Source: an uncultured Terracidiphilus sp.
GTDB taxonomy: Bacteria > Acidobacteriota > Terriglobia > Terriglobales > Acidobacteriaceae
Reading direction: 5' to 3'
DNA: 64,000 bases
Assembly (NCBI GenBank): GCA_964645855.1
Contig: CAZYDF010000007.1
Coordinates: 6,722-70,721, forward strand
Shown: positions 1-8,811 of the stretch, piece by piece
Numbering within the stretch: the stretch's first letter is position 1
Layout: each line of letters starts with the position of its first letter
Notes under the pieces: generated by a model
Database searches by the model: none
What the model was told of the DNA's origin: nothing
Seen by the model: only the letters and a program-made list of their open reading frames with translations
Position numbers and translations under genes: made by a program

Positions 1-1021
1 ATGCGGCCACCGAAGCCTCACTGGCAGGCAGCGTCCACAGCGTGGTGTTGGTGGCAGCATGCGCCGTGCGCGTAGCCAGAAACAGGCTGGGAGCTTCATA
101 CCCCAGCGTGGACGAGCTGAGCACGGCCGTGGCCACGCCCTCAATCTCCGGTCCCACGCTGTCCACGTTGGTCACCCCAAGCTGCGTGGGGTGGCCGTTG
201 AGCAGCGCCACATTGGGCGCTTGCCCGCGCGGAAACTCCACGGTGAGGCGCAGGCGGAAGTCGGCTCCGGCCATGCGCTCCTTGTGCTCGCCCATCTCGT
301 CAAACAAGCGCGCGCCGTCGCCCAGAATGGCCGGTACCGACGAAGCCGGATACCAGACCACGTTGCCAAAGCCGCGCAATCCGGTGAAGGCGGGGGAGAT
401 GCGGTCCCAGTCCGAGTGCAGAGCCACCTGCTCCGGCGTGCCAATGGCCACCAGCCGCTGGGCGGTTTGCACAATGGTGCCGGAGTAGGTCACGTCCAAC
501 TGCTGGCTCGCGCCCGGCGCCAGCGGCGCGGCCAGTTGCACCACGGCCTCGTGGAGCTGGCCCGTGTGGTCGGCGTCAGAGTTGAGGGTGGCCACGGTAA
601 ACAGCGCGTCGCGGCCCAGGGTGCGGATGCGCTCCCAGTTGAGCGAGGAAGAGAGTTGCAGCGGAATCTGCTTGAGCGGCAGCTTGCCGTCGTTGCGCAC
701 CGTCACCAGCGCGCGCACGGCCATGTGCTGATCAGCCAGGTGCAGGCGCACGTCCATGTCAAAGGCCGTAAAGGTGACCGCGGCGCGTTCCGCGTCTTCC
801 GCGTCGGGCGCAACGCCGTTGCGGAGAGCTGCTGGGTTGGCGGCGGGCGCGGTCTGCTGGGTCTGCCCGTTCTCGTCCTCGGAGCGCGAGAAGATGACCC
901 GGCCTTTGCCCGGCTGCGGGTTCTGCCCCGGAGGCGGGCCCAGGTCGTGCCCTGCCTGCGCACCAAGAGCAGCGGCCGCCAGCACGGCGGGGAGAACAAG
1001 GGCGGCGGAGAAAAACTTCAT
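1..1021 (-). CDS. Exported hypothetical protein, 5' part only (runs off window start)
   Basis: Hand translation from ATG at 1021, which overlaps the rlmB stop (ATGA): MKFFSAALVLPAVLAAAALGAQ...AVTFTAFDMDVRLHL...VTVRNDGK. Signal-peptide-like N-terminus. Absent from the ORF track, consistent with no stop in the window. Confidence 0.7.
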   Translation of the reverse strand, partial: MKFFSAALVLPAVLAAAALGAQAGHDLGPPPGQNPQPGKGRVIFSRSEDENGQTQQTAPAANPAALRNGVAPDAEDAERAAVTFTAFDMDVRLHLADQHMAVRALVTVRNDGKLPLKQIPLQLSSSLNWERIRTLGRDALFTVATLNSDADHTGQLHEAVVQLAAPLAPGASQQLDVTYSGTIVQTAQRLVAIGTPEQVALHSDWDRISPAFTGLRGFGNVVWYPASSVPAILGDGARLFDEMGEHKERMAGADFRLRLTVEFPRGQAPNVALLNGHPTQLGVTNVDSVGPEIEGVATAVLSSSTLGYEAPSLFLATRTAHAATNTTLWTLPASEASVAA

Positions 1022-1821
1022 GAACCCAGGCCTTTCTGTTTGCGAGGTTTGGACGCGCTGGCGGCGGCTGGGGGAGCAACCTCGCCCTTGCGGCGGCGCT
1101 GACGCGAGGCCTCATAGAGGACCACGGCAGCCGCGGCCGAAACGTTCAGCGAGCTAACGCCACCCATCATGGGAATGCGCAGCAGGTGGTCGCAGGTGCG
1201 CTTCACCAGGTCGTGCAGCCCCGCGCCCTCCCGGCCCATCACCAGCACGCAATCGCCGGTCAGGTCGAACTGGTCGTAATCGCACTCGCCGCGCTCGTCC
1301 AGGCCGATCACCCAGATGTTCTTCCGCTTCAGCTCTTCGAGCGCGCGCACCAGGTTCACCACCCGCGCAATGCGCAAGTGCTCGGCCGCGCCGGCGCTGG
1401 CCTTGATGGCCACCGGGCTCAGCGGAGCCGAGCGGCGCTCGGTCAGCACCACGCCGTCCACACCCGCGCCGTCGGCCACGCGCAGCATCGCGCCCAGATT
1501 CTGCGGATCCTCCACACCGTCCAGAGCCAACAGCAGGCGCGCCGCGCCCTCCGTGGGTCCAGCCGCGTAGAGATCCTCAATCGAAAGAAACTCCTGGTTG
1601 CGCACCAGCGCCACCACACCCTGATGGGTGGGCGATTGGGCCACCTGGGTCAACTGGTCGCGCGATTCCTGACGGACCCGCACCCCTGCCTCGCGACACA
1701 GAGTCAAAATCCGCTCCAGCCGCTCATCGCGACGATCCTGAGCCACGATCACGTGGTCAAAACGCCGTTTTCCTGCCCGCAATGCCTCCTCAACGGAGTG
1801 CAGGCCATAAAGAACTTCCAT
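1018..1821 (-). CDS. rlmB: 23S rRNA (G2251-2'-O)-methyltransferase, SPOUT family
   Basis: LYGLHSVEEAL, HQGVVA, DGVEDPQNLGA, GREGAGL and SLNVSAA motifs. Confidence 0.93.
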   Translation of the reverse strand: MEVLYGLHSVEEALRAGKRRFDHVIVAQDRRDERLERILTLCREAGVRVRQESRDQLTQVAQSPTHQGVVALVRNQEFLSIEDLYAAGPTEGAARLLLALDGVEDPQNLGAMLRVADGAGVDGVVLTERRSAPLSPVAIKASAGAAEHLRIARVVNLVRALEELKRKNIWVIGLDERGECDYDQFDLTGDCVLVMGREGAGLHDLVKRTCDHLLRIPMMGGVSSLNVSAAAAVVLYEASRQRRRKGEVAPPAAASASKPRKQKGLGS

Positions 1822-2207
1822 ATTCAGATTCTAGAAGATTGCCGCGCCCGGCCAGACCCCGTTCTCGCGCAGCCGAGGATAAAAACGGGGAGCCAAGGCC
1901 GCAAACACCTTCGGCAAAACAGCTTGGCTCCAATCTTCAAGTTCTTCTTAGGTCCATGCCGCCCATCTCCCGCGCAGATCTGCACGGGATTGCCATCGCC
2001 AGGATCTTGAGGCTGTGCCCGTAGGCCGAAGGGAAGGGGCTCATCGAGCGGAAAAGCGAGGATCGGAGCGGTCCAACATTTTTCCTTTGCCGCGGCACGG
2101 AATACGACAGACTGGGCTGGCAGCCGCTCGTTTTCTGGTTAAACTTATCCGATCCGGGACCGTATGGAATTTCGGTCGCCCACCCAATTCCACTCTGGGA
2201 GGACAAT

Positions 2208-2912
2208 ATGGCGGCAAGATCCAGCTCCACTGCCAAGAGTTTTGAAGCTCTGCTTGAACCTGACAACACGCGGCTGCGCTGGGTGGTTGCGCGTCTGCCC
2301 TTTGACCCGGCCAAGGTGTGGCCGGAGCGGAATGGGCGGCGCGTAAAGGGCGAAATCGGCGGCCTGGCGTTCCGCACCTCGCTCTTCTGCGACCCGCAGG
2401 GCGAGGGCTCTATCCTGCTGGTCAACCAGAAGATGCAGCAGGCCGCCGGAGTTGGCGTGGGGCAGCGGGTGCGCATCGTTCTGGAGCCGGATCTGGAAGA
2501 GCGGCCCACCGAGCTGCCCGCTGAATTTGAGGCTGCGCTCCGCGGGGAGCGCGAGCTGAAGCGCTGGTTCGGTCAGCTGAGCCCCTCCATGCGGCGCGAG
2601 ATCGGCAAGTGGATTGGCGAGGCCAAGACCGCCGCCACCCGCCAGAAGAGAGCAGAAAAAATGGCGGAGCGGCTGATGCAGGCCATGGAGGGCGAGCGCG
2701 AGCTGCCGCCGGTTCTGCGCACCGCCCTGGCCCGCGTCCCCAAAGCGCTGGCCGGCTGGCAGCGGCTCACCGTCAACCAGCGCCGCAATCATCTGTTGGG
2801 AATCTTCTACTTCGAAACGGTGGAGGCGCGGGAACGGCGCGCGGCCAAGGCTGTGGAGGACGCGCTGCGCGCCGCCGAACGCAAACCATCGTCTCTGGAA
2901 CCAGAGCACTGA
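2208..2912 (+). CDS. DUF1905 plus YdeI/OmpD-associated (OmdA) domain protein
   Basis: N-terminal RVKGEIGG..FRTSL; two repeats like ELPAEF..AL....F..LSPS.RRE...WI.EAK...TR.KR; GGAGG RBS. Confidence 0.75.
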   Translation: MAARSSSTAKSFEALLEPDNTRLRWVVARLPFDPAKVWPERNGRRVKGEIGGLAFRTSLFCDPQGEGSILLVNQKMQQAAGVGVGQRVRIVLEPDLEERPTELPAEFEAALRGERELKRWFGQLSPSMRREIGKWIGEAKTAATRQKRAEKMAERLMQAMEGERELPPVLRTALARVPKALAGWQRLTVNQRRNHLLGIFYFETVEARERRAAKAVEDALRAAERKPSSLEPEH

Positions 2913-2965
2913 GCCTCACGTACCTTTCAATGTGGTCTGCTGCGCGCAGGCCGAAAGGCATTTCA

Positions 2966-3157
2966 ATGATCAAGTTCCTGCTCTGGTGCATTTTGTTGGT
3001 GTTTTGCTGGCCGCTGGCGCTGGTGGTGCTCATCCTTTATCCGTTGATCTGGTTGTTGCTGCTGCCCTTCCGGGTGGTAGGGATCGCGGTGGATGGCGTC
3101 TTCGACCTATTGCGCGCCATCCTGGGCCTGCCGGGGCGGCTGGTGCGCAGCCTGTAG
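2966..3157 (+). CDS. Small hydrophobic membrane protein (63 aa)
   Basis: MIKFLLWCILLVFCWPLALVVLILYPLIWLLLLPFRVVGIAV...; AAAGG upstream. Confidence 0.65.
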   Translation: MIKFLLWCILLVFCWPLALVVLILYPLIWLLLLPFRVVGIAVDGVFDLLRAILGLPGRLVRSL

Positions 3158-3300
3158 CCAAGCCGCAGCGCAGCCTCCGCTTCCCTTCCCGCTCGACATG
3201 CGGACCGGAATCCGTTAGCGTGGCCCTTGTACAGGCTCGGCGTCATCGGCGTTGACCACCGGGCCGTCCAACAGTCTGACGGTTAGATGAGGTTCGAAGG

Positions 3301-4098
3301 ATGAAGATGTTTCGCGGGTTGGCCACCGGAGTTCTGGCTGCAGCACTGACGGCGCTGGCCTTGCCTCTTGGCGCGCAGGCCGTTGACGAAGGGGCCAAAA
3401 ACGCCCTGCAAGCCCACGCCACCATCGATGCCATGGTGCAGGCGCTGGGCGGCGATGCCTGGCTCGGAATGCGCAACCAGATGCGCCACGGCCATCTGGC
3501 CGCCTTCTTCCACGGCAATCCCGACCCCGGCACCACCGAGTATTGGGAGTTTCACGAGTTTCCCGCGCGCGACCGCATGGAGGTCACCAAGCACCGCGAC
3601 GTGGTGCAGTTCTACCTGGATCGCGCTGGCTGGGAGGTCACCTTCCGCGGCAAGAAAGCCCTGCCCGAAGACATGGTGGAGGACTATCTGCGCCGCCGCG
3701 ATCACTCCATTGAGACCGCCATCAAGGTCTGGCTCAAGAACCCCAACACCATCCTGATCTACGAAGGCAAGCACATGGCCAGCCGCCACCTGTGCGACCA
3801 GGTGACGTTGATCAGCGCCCAGAACGAGTCGGTGACCATCCTGACCGACTCCACGTCGCATCTGCCCCTCAAGCGGGTCTTCCAGTGGCGCGATCCGCTG
3901 TACAAAGACAAGAACACCGACGCCGAGGAGTACGACGACTACCACACCTTCGACGGCCTGCCCACCGCCATGCGCATCACCCGCTACAAGAACGACGACA
4001 TCCTGCGCCAGTACTACATCGACCGCGTGGAGTACAACCAGAACCTGCCCGCCGACATCTGGGATGTGGACGCCACCACCCACCGCATCAAGAAGTGA
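3301..4098 (+). CDS. Secreted hypothetical protein (possibly LolA-like beta fold)
   Basis: Signal peptide ending AQA; strong GC3 codon bias; upstream of fabZ-lpxA. The fold guess is inference. Confidence 0.7.
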   Translation: MKMFRGLATGVLAAALTALALPLGAQAVDEGAKNALQAHATIDAMVQALGGDAWLGMRNQMRHGHLAAFFHGNPDPGTTEYWEFHEFPARDRMEVTKHRDVVQFYLDRAGWEVTFRGKKALPEDMVEDYLRRRDHSIETAIKVWLKNPNTILIYEGKHMASRHLCDQVTLISAQNESVTILTDSTSHLPLKRVFQWRDPLYKDKNTDAEEYDDYHTFDGLPTAMRITRYKNDDILRQYYIDRVEYNQNLPADIWDVDATTHRIKK

Positions 4099-4230
4099 TT
4101 TTGGTGGTTCCAGCGATCTCTCCGGATTCGGTCCCCGGCAAAAGTCCGCTGCAAAGTCCGCTGCATGCAATGCCTATTTATAATGGAGGGGAGAAAAGGC
4201 GGCCACGCCTTCGCGTCCTGGAGTCCGAGA

Positions 4231-4716
4231 ATGACCATTGAAGTTCAGGAGATCATGAATCTCCTGCCCCACCGCTACCCTTTCCTGCTGATCGATCGCG
4301 TCATCGAGTTCGAGCCCAAGGTACGGCTGGTTGCCATCAAGAACGTCACCATCAACGAACCTTTCTTTCAGGGTCATTTTCCCGGCGCTCCCATCATGCC
4401 CGGCGTACTGGTGATTGAGGCCATGGCGCAGGCTGGCGCGGTGCTCATGATGAGCCAGTTTGAAGATCGCCACTCCAAGCTGGCCGTCTTTACCGGGATT
4501 GAGCGGGCCAAGTTCCGCCGCCAGATTACCCCCGGCGACCAGCTCCGGCTGGAGATCGTGGTGCTCAACTTCAAGACCCGCGTGGGCCGCATGGAGGCCA
4601 AGGCATTTGTGGACGGCAAGCTGGCCTGCGAGGCCACGCTGACCTGCCAGATTGTTCCCCGGAAGGTGGAACCAGCGCCCGCTCCTGCGGCCACCCCCAC
4701 GGAGAACGCCGAGTGA
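4231..4716 (+). CDS. fabZ: 3-hydroxyacyl-ACP dehydratase
   Basis: LPHRYPFLLIDRV, FFQGHFPG.PIMPGVL.IEAMAQ. Confidence 0.95.
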   Translation: MTIEVQEIMNLLPHRYPFLLIDRVIEFEPKVRLVAIKNVTINEPFFQGHFPGAPIMPGVLVIEAMAQAGAVLMMSQFEDRHSKLAVFTGIERAKFRRQITPGDQLRLEIVVLNFKTRVGRMEAKAFVDGKLACEATLTCQIVPRKVEPAPAPAATPTENAE

Positions 4717-5483
4717 GCATCCATCCCAGCGCCGTCGTCGCACCCGGAGCCGTGGTTCCCGCCAGCTGCACGGTAGGCCCCTTCTGCACCCTTGGGCCGG
4801 AGGTGGTGCTGGGCGAAGAGTGCCGCCTCATCTCCCATGTAGTGCTCGACGGCCGTACCCGGATTGGCGCGCGCAATGTGTTTTATCCATTCTGCTCGAT
4901 TGGTGTGCCGCCGCAAGACCTGAAGTATCAGGGCGAACCGACGGAGACCGAAATTGGCGACGGCAACACCATCCGCGAGTCGGTGACCATCAGCCGCGGC
5001 ACGGCGGGTGGCGGCGGCAAAACCACGCTCGGCTCCGGCTGTCTGCTGATGACCTGCGCGCACATTGGCCACGACTGCTACGTGGGCAACAGCGTCATCA
5101 TGGCCAACAACGCCACCCTGGCCGGCCACGTGCACATTGAGGACTTTGCCACCGTGGGCGCCTTCTGCCCCGTGCATCAGGGCTGCACCGTGGGCAAGTA
5201 CGCCTTTATCGGCGGCGGCACCATTGTGACCCAGGACGTGCTGCCCTTCTCCTTGACTGCTGCCAAGCGCGAGAACCACTGCTTTGGCATCAACAAGGTG
5301 GGGCTGGCCCGCCGCGGCTTTTCTGAAGCACGGCTGAAGACGCTGCAAAAAGCCTTCCGCTATCTGCTGGCGGCCAAGCTCAACACCTCGCAGGCTCTGG
5401 AGCGGATCAAGGAGCTGGAAGGCGAGGACGCAGCGCTGGTGGCTGAGTTCATCGCGCATAGCGAACGCGGCGTGATCAAGTAG
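4713..5483 (+). CDS. lpxA: UDP-N-acetylglucosamine O-acyltransferase
   Basis: Hexapeptide repeats, PQDLKY.GE, IRESVTISRGT, AHIGHDC; GTGA overlap with fabZ. Confidence 0.95.
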   Translation: MSIHPSAVVAPGAVVPASCTVGPFCTLGPEVVLGEECRLISHVVLDGRTRIGARNVFYPFCSIGVPPQDLKYQGEPTETEIGDGNTIRESVTISRGTAGGGGKTTLGSGCLLMTCAHIGHDCYVGNSVIMANNATLAGHVHIEDFATVGAFCPVHQGCTVGKYAFIGGGTIVTQDVLPFSLTAAKRENHCFGINKVGLARRGFSEARLKTLQKAFRYLLAAKLNTSQALERIKELEGEDAALVAEFIAHSERGVIK

Positions 5484-5503
5484 CTTTGGCGGAGCTACAA
5501 GAC

Positions 5504-5682
5504 CCTCCCGGAGGGAGGGTAAGCGGATAGCCCAGGGTGCAGTCCGCGCCAGCGGACGAAACCCTGGGTTTGGCGCGCAAAGCGCGGCCCGTCCCGGAGG
5601 GACGCACGAACTGCTGCAAGAACGCTGGCTGGAGCAACGCGAAGCGGCCTGCCGCACCGCAGGTGCCGGAGGGACGGACGAG
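5504..5682 (+). repeat. Left REPIN-like arm of the Y1 transposase element
   Basis: Hairpins CCTCCC-GGA-GGGAGG (5504-5518) and CGTCCC-GGA-GGGACG (5590-5604), plus a CCCAGGGT..ACCCTGGG stem; imperfect inverted copy at 6224-6426. Confidence 0.85.
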
Positions 5683-5703
5683 CCCTGCGGACAAACCACG
5701 CGC

Positions 5704-6153
5704 TCACCCCAACACGTAACGCGGATCGTACGCGATCTGATACTTCTTCAAAATCGCCAGAAACTCCTCCTCATAACTCCGCGTGCGATGGTGCTCAGCC
5801 TGCCCACTGATGTACGCAATGGTCGCGCTCACCTGCGATTGGCCGATGGAGAACGCACCGTATCCTTCCTGCCATTCGAATTCCGGCATCTCTGCCATAT
5901 GGCGCATCCACCAAGACGATGCGGCCTTGATCTCGCGCATCGCATTGGCCATCGCCATGGTTGGCGGCAGAGAAAGTAGAATGTGGACGTGGTCCTCGGT
6001 TCCGCCAACCACGAAGGCCGTGGTCCCGTGTTCGCGCGCCAGCCCGCCCATGTAGGCCCAGAGGCGCGCCTGAACGTCGGTCGGAATCGTCTTGCGCCGC
6101 TCTTTGGTGGAGAAGACGCAATGAAACAATGCGGAGCAGTAGGTGTGGGACAT
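5704..6153 (-). mobile_element. tnpA: HUH/Y1 tyrosine transposase (REP-associated RAYT / IS200-like TnpA), 149 aa
   Basis: HCVFSTKER, GGTEDHVH (HUH motif), WQEGYGAFS, catalytic Y in AYISGQ..HH; no tnpB nearby. Confidence 0.9.
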
Positions 6154-6223
6154 GATGGGTAGAAAGTTTAGCGCAGAATGCAACCGGTGGTTCGGCCTTT
6201 TGGGTGGCGAGATTTTCGCCACG

Positions 6224-6426
6224 CTTCGTCCGTCCCTCCGGGGCACCTGCGGTGCGGCAGGCATTGCATGCAGCAGATCGCTTCGCGTTGGAATCTTTGC
6301 TGATGTTTGTCCGTCCCTCCGGGACGGGTCGCGCTTTGCGCAGCTTACCCAGGGTTCCCCCTTCCCTTTCGCTCCGCTCAAGGGCAGGGTCCACCCTGGG
6401 CTATCTTCGTACCTCCCTCCGGGAGG
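6224..6426 (-). repeat. Right REPIN-like arm of the Y1 transposase element
   Basis: Reverse complement aligns with 5504-5682; hairpin cores at 6231-6243, 6312-6326 and 6412-6426. Confidence 0.85.
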
Positions 6427-6594
6427 TTTTGCCTGCGCGGCGCGGATGAGGTTCGACGCGCAAATGAAGCTCGATACTCAGTTGATAGGTATAGCGCAGG
6501 ATATCGCGCACAGAAGTGCAGCGCAGGTTTCCACACACAAGCACGCTGCGCACGGTTCTACGCACAGGAGCGCACCGATCCTCAGGAGTTTTGC

Positions 6595-7449
6595 ATGAAT
6601 CTCGGCCTCATTGCCGGCAACGGCCGCTTCCCTTTCCTGTTGCTGGACGCGGCACGCGCGCAGGGCATCTCAGTGGTGGTTGCCGCCATCAAGGAAGAAA
6701 CCGATCCGGAGATTGAGGCTCGCGCCGCGGCCGACGCCGGCATTACTGTCTTCTGGCTCTCTCTGGGCGAGCTTTCCAAGCTCATCGATACCTTCCAGAA
6801 GCACGGCGTGGCCCATGCCGTGATGGCCGGTCAGGTGAAGCACAAGCAGATTTTTTCCGCCATTCGCCCCGATTGGAAACTCGCCAAACTGCTCATGAAC
6901 CTGAGCACGCGCTCCACCGACATGCTGCTGGGTGCGGTGGCCAAGGTGCTGGGCGACGAGGGCATTGAGCTGATCAGCTCCACGGCGTACCTGGAGCCGC
7001 TCCTGGCCCAGGAGGGCGTGCTCACCGAGCGCCAGCCCACGGAAGACGAGCGCCGCAACATCGAGTACGGGCTGGGCGTGGCCAAGGCGCTGGCCGGCTT
7101 TGATATTGGCCAGACCGTGGTGGTGGCTGCGCAAGCCTGTGTGGCCGTGGAGGCCATGGAGGGTACCGACGCCACCATTGAGCGCGCTGGGCGGCTGATG
7201 AGCACCCTGGAGGGCGACGCCAGCACCCTGGAGCGAGCGCTGACCGTGGTGAAGGTAGCCAAGCCCAACCAGGACATGCGCTTTGACGTGCCGGTGATCG
7301 GCCTGCCCACCATCGACGCCATGATCGGCGCCGGAGCCACCTGCCTTTCGGTAGAGGCCGGTCGCACCTTGCTGTTTGATCGCGAGGGCTTGCTGGACCG
7401 CGCTCGTCAATCAGGCATTGCCATTGTGGCCGTCCCACGAGGATACTGA
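6595..7449 (+). CDS. lpxI: UDP-2,3-diacylglucosamine pyrophosphatase LpxI
   Basis: LGLIAGNGRFP, DIGQTVVV, AVEAMEGTD, KPNQDMRFDVPVIG; AGGAG RBS. Confidence 0.92.
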   Translation: MNLGLIAGNGRFPFLLLDAARAQGISVVVAAIKEETDPEIEARAAADAGITVFWLSLGELSKLIDTFQKHGVAHAVMAGQVKHKQIFSAIRPDWKLAKLLMNLSTRSTDMLLGAVAKVLGDEGIELISSTAYLEPLLAQEGVLTERQPTEDERRNIEYGLGVAKALAGFDIGQTVVVAAQACVAVEAMEGTDATIERAGRLMSTLEGDASTLERALTVVKVAKPNQDMRFDVPVIGLPTIDAMIGAGATCLSVEAGRTLLFDREGLLDRARQSGIAIVAVPRGY

Positions 7450-7498
7450 GCGCAGGAGCCTTTCCCCAGGCTCCCGCATCTAAACCTCGGAGGTCCAC

Positions 7499-8065
7499 AT
7501 GAAACTGTTTTCCTCGGTACTCTTCGGGCTTGCTCTCAGCATCGCCCCTGGGCTGGCTTTGGCGCCGGCTCTCCTCACTGCGCAAACCGACGCGGCTCTC
7601 CCCGCCGTGGGACAAAAGGCGCCCACCTTCACGCTGGGTTCGCAGGATGGCTCCCAGATCTCGCTCAACAGCTTCCACGGCAAGTGGGTGGTGCTCTACT
7701 TTTACCCGCGCGACATGACCAGCGGCTGCACCATTGAGGCGCACAACTTCCAGCGCGACCTGGCGCGGTTTGAAGCGCGCCAGGCGGTGATTCTGGGCGT
7801 CAGCGTAGACTCCGCTGACAGCCACAAGCAGTTCTGCACCAAGGAAGGGCTTACCTTCCGCCTGCTGGCCGATACCACCCACGAGGTAACCAAAGCCTAC
7901 GGCACCCTGGGCGAGCACATGGGCATTACCATGGCCATGCGCAACACCTTTCTCATCGATCCAGAGGGCAGGATCGCCAAGGTGTGGATCAAGGTGAATC
8001 CAGCCTCGGCCTCCACGGACGTGCTGGCAGCGCTGCCCGCGCCCAAGGGCTCGGCGACAAACTGA
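7499..8065 (+). CDS. bcp: BCP/PrxQ peroxiredoxin with signal peptide
   Basis: VVLYFYPRDMTSGCTIEA, GVSVDS..SH..F, RNTFLID. Confidence 0.85.
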   Translation: MKLFSSVLFGLALSIAPGLALAPALLTAQTDAALPAVGQKAPTFTLGSQDGSQISLNSFHGKWVVLYFYPRDMTSGCTIEAHNFQRDLARFEARQAVILGVSVDSADSHKQFCTKEGLTFRLLADTTHEVTKAYGTLGEHMGITMAMRNTFLIDPEGRIAKVWIKVNPASASTDVLAALPAPKGSATN

Positions 8066-8116
8066 TTTAGGCTGTGCTCGCATCGAACCATGTGTTGCGG
8101 AAGCAAGGAGACGGCA

Positions 8117-8572
8117 ATGCCCACTGAATTGGCCCGCCAGTTTCGTTCTGCGATGGAAGCTCTCTCCGTTGAACTTGGCACCGTGCCTGCATCTTTGGCA
8201 GGTGTCCCGTGGCGCGAGGGAGGGTGGACCAGGCGTCAGATTCTGGGCCATCTGATGGACTCCTGCGCCAACAACCGGCAACGCATTGTGTGCGCCTCGC
8301 TGGATGGCAGCTACACTGGCCCAGGGTACGCGCAGGAGCTGTGGGTGGAAGCGCACGGCTACGGCGATCAGAAGTGGGAGACGCTGGTGAAGTGGTGGCG
8401 CGTGGAGCATGAGATCCTGATGGCCCTGGTGGACCGCATTCCGCAGGAGAGGCTGGCCGCGGAGTGCACCGTGAATGGCAACGAACCCATTACGCTGGGC
8501 TTTCTGCTCACCGACTACCGGCGTCATCAGCGCGCCCACTTCGATCAGCTCAAGACGGGACTTCCCGGATAG
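8117..8572 (+). CDS. DinB/YfiT family protein
   Basis: W...QILGHL.DS, DY..H..AH metal-binding histidines; AAGGAG RBS. Confidence 0.8.
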   Translation: MPTELARQFRSAMEALSVELGTVPASLAGVPWREGGWTRRQILGHLMDSCANNRQRIVCASLDGSYTGPGYAQELWVEAHGYGDQKWETLVKWWRVEHEILMALVDRIPQERLAAECTVNGNEPITLGFLLTDYRRHQRAHFDQLKTGLPG

Positions 8573-8611
8573 GTCTCTGACAGCATGAATTTGTACCTTC
8601 GCATCTCGGCT

Positions 8612-8647
8612 TCCCAGGTCTCAAAAGCGAGACCTGGGGCACCCAGC
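8612..8647 (+). repeat. Palindromic REP, family B variant (TCCCAGGTCTC..GAGACCTGGGGCACCC)
   Basis: Shares the TCCCA...GGGGCACCC frame with copies at 25397, 30175, 39484, 42495, 49905 and 55411. Confidence 0.7.
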
Positions 8648-8754
8648 ATGGGTACGAAATCAAACGAACGAAGACCTAGAAGCATTTTCTGAATTGCTGT
8701 AGTAGAGCACCTGAGCACTTCACCGTTCAAGAATCCCAACCAGAAAAGGAACGC

Positions 8755-8785
8755 AAAAAAGCCCGGCGCAATGCCGGGCTTTTTT
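8755..8785. terminator. Bidirectional intrinsic terminator
   Basis: A6-GCCCGGC-GCAAT-GCCGGGC-T6 between convergent genes. Confidence 0.85.
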
Positions 8786-8811
8786 GCTTGCCTTGGTGGA
8801 TGGTTGCCGTA

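Noticed and set aside
1822..2207. ncRNA or small gene in the rlmB-ydeI divergent spacer
   Set aside because: No convincing ORF, repeat or structure could be supported by eye.
5484..6430. CRISPR array or IS605/TnpB element
   Set aside because: The repeats are inverted hairpin modules without regular unique spacers, and no cas or tnpB gene is present.
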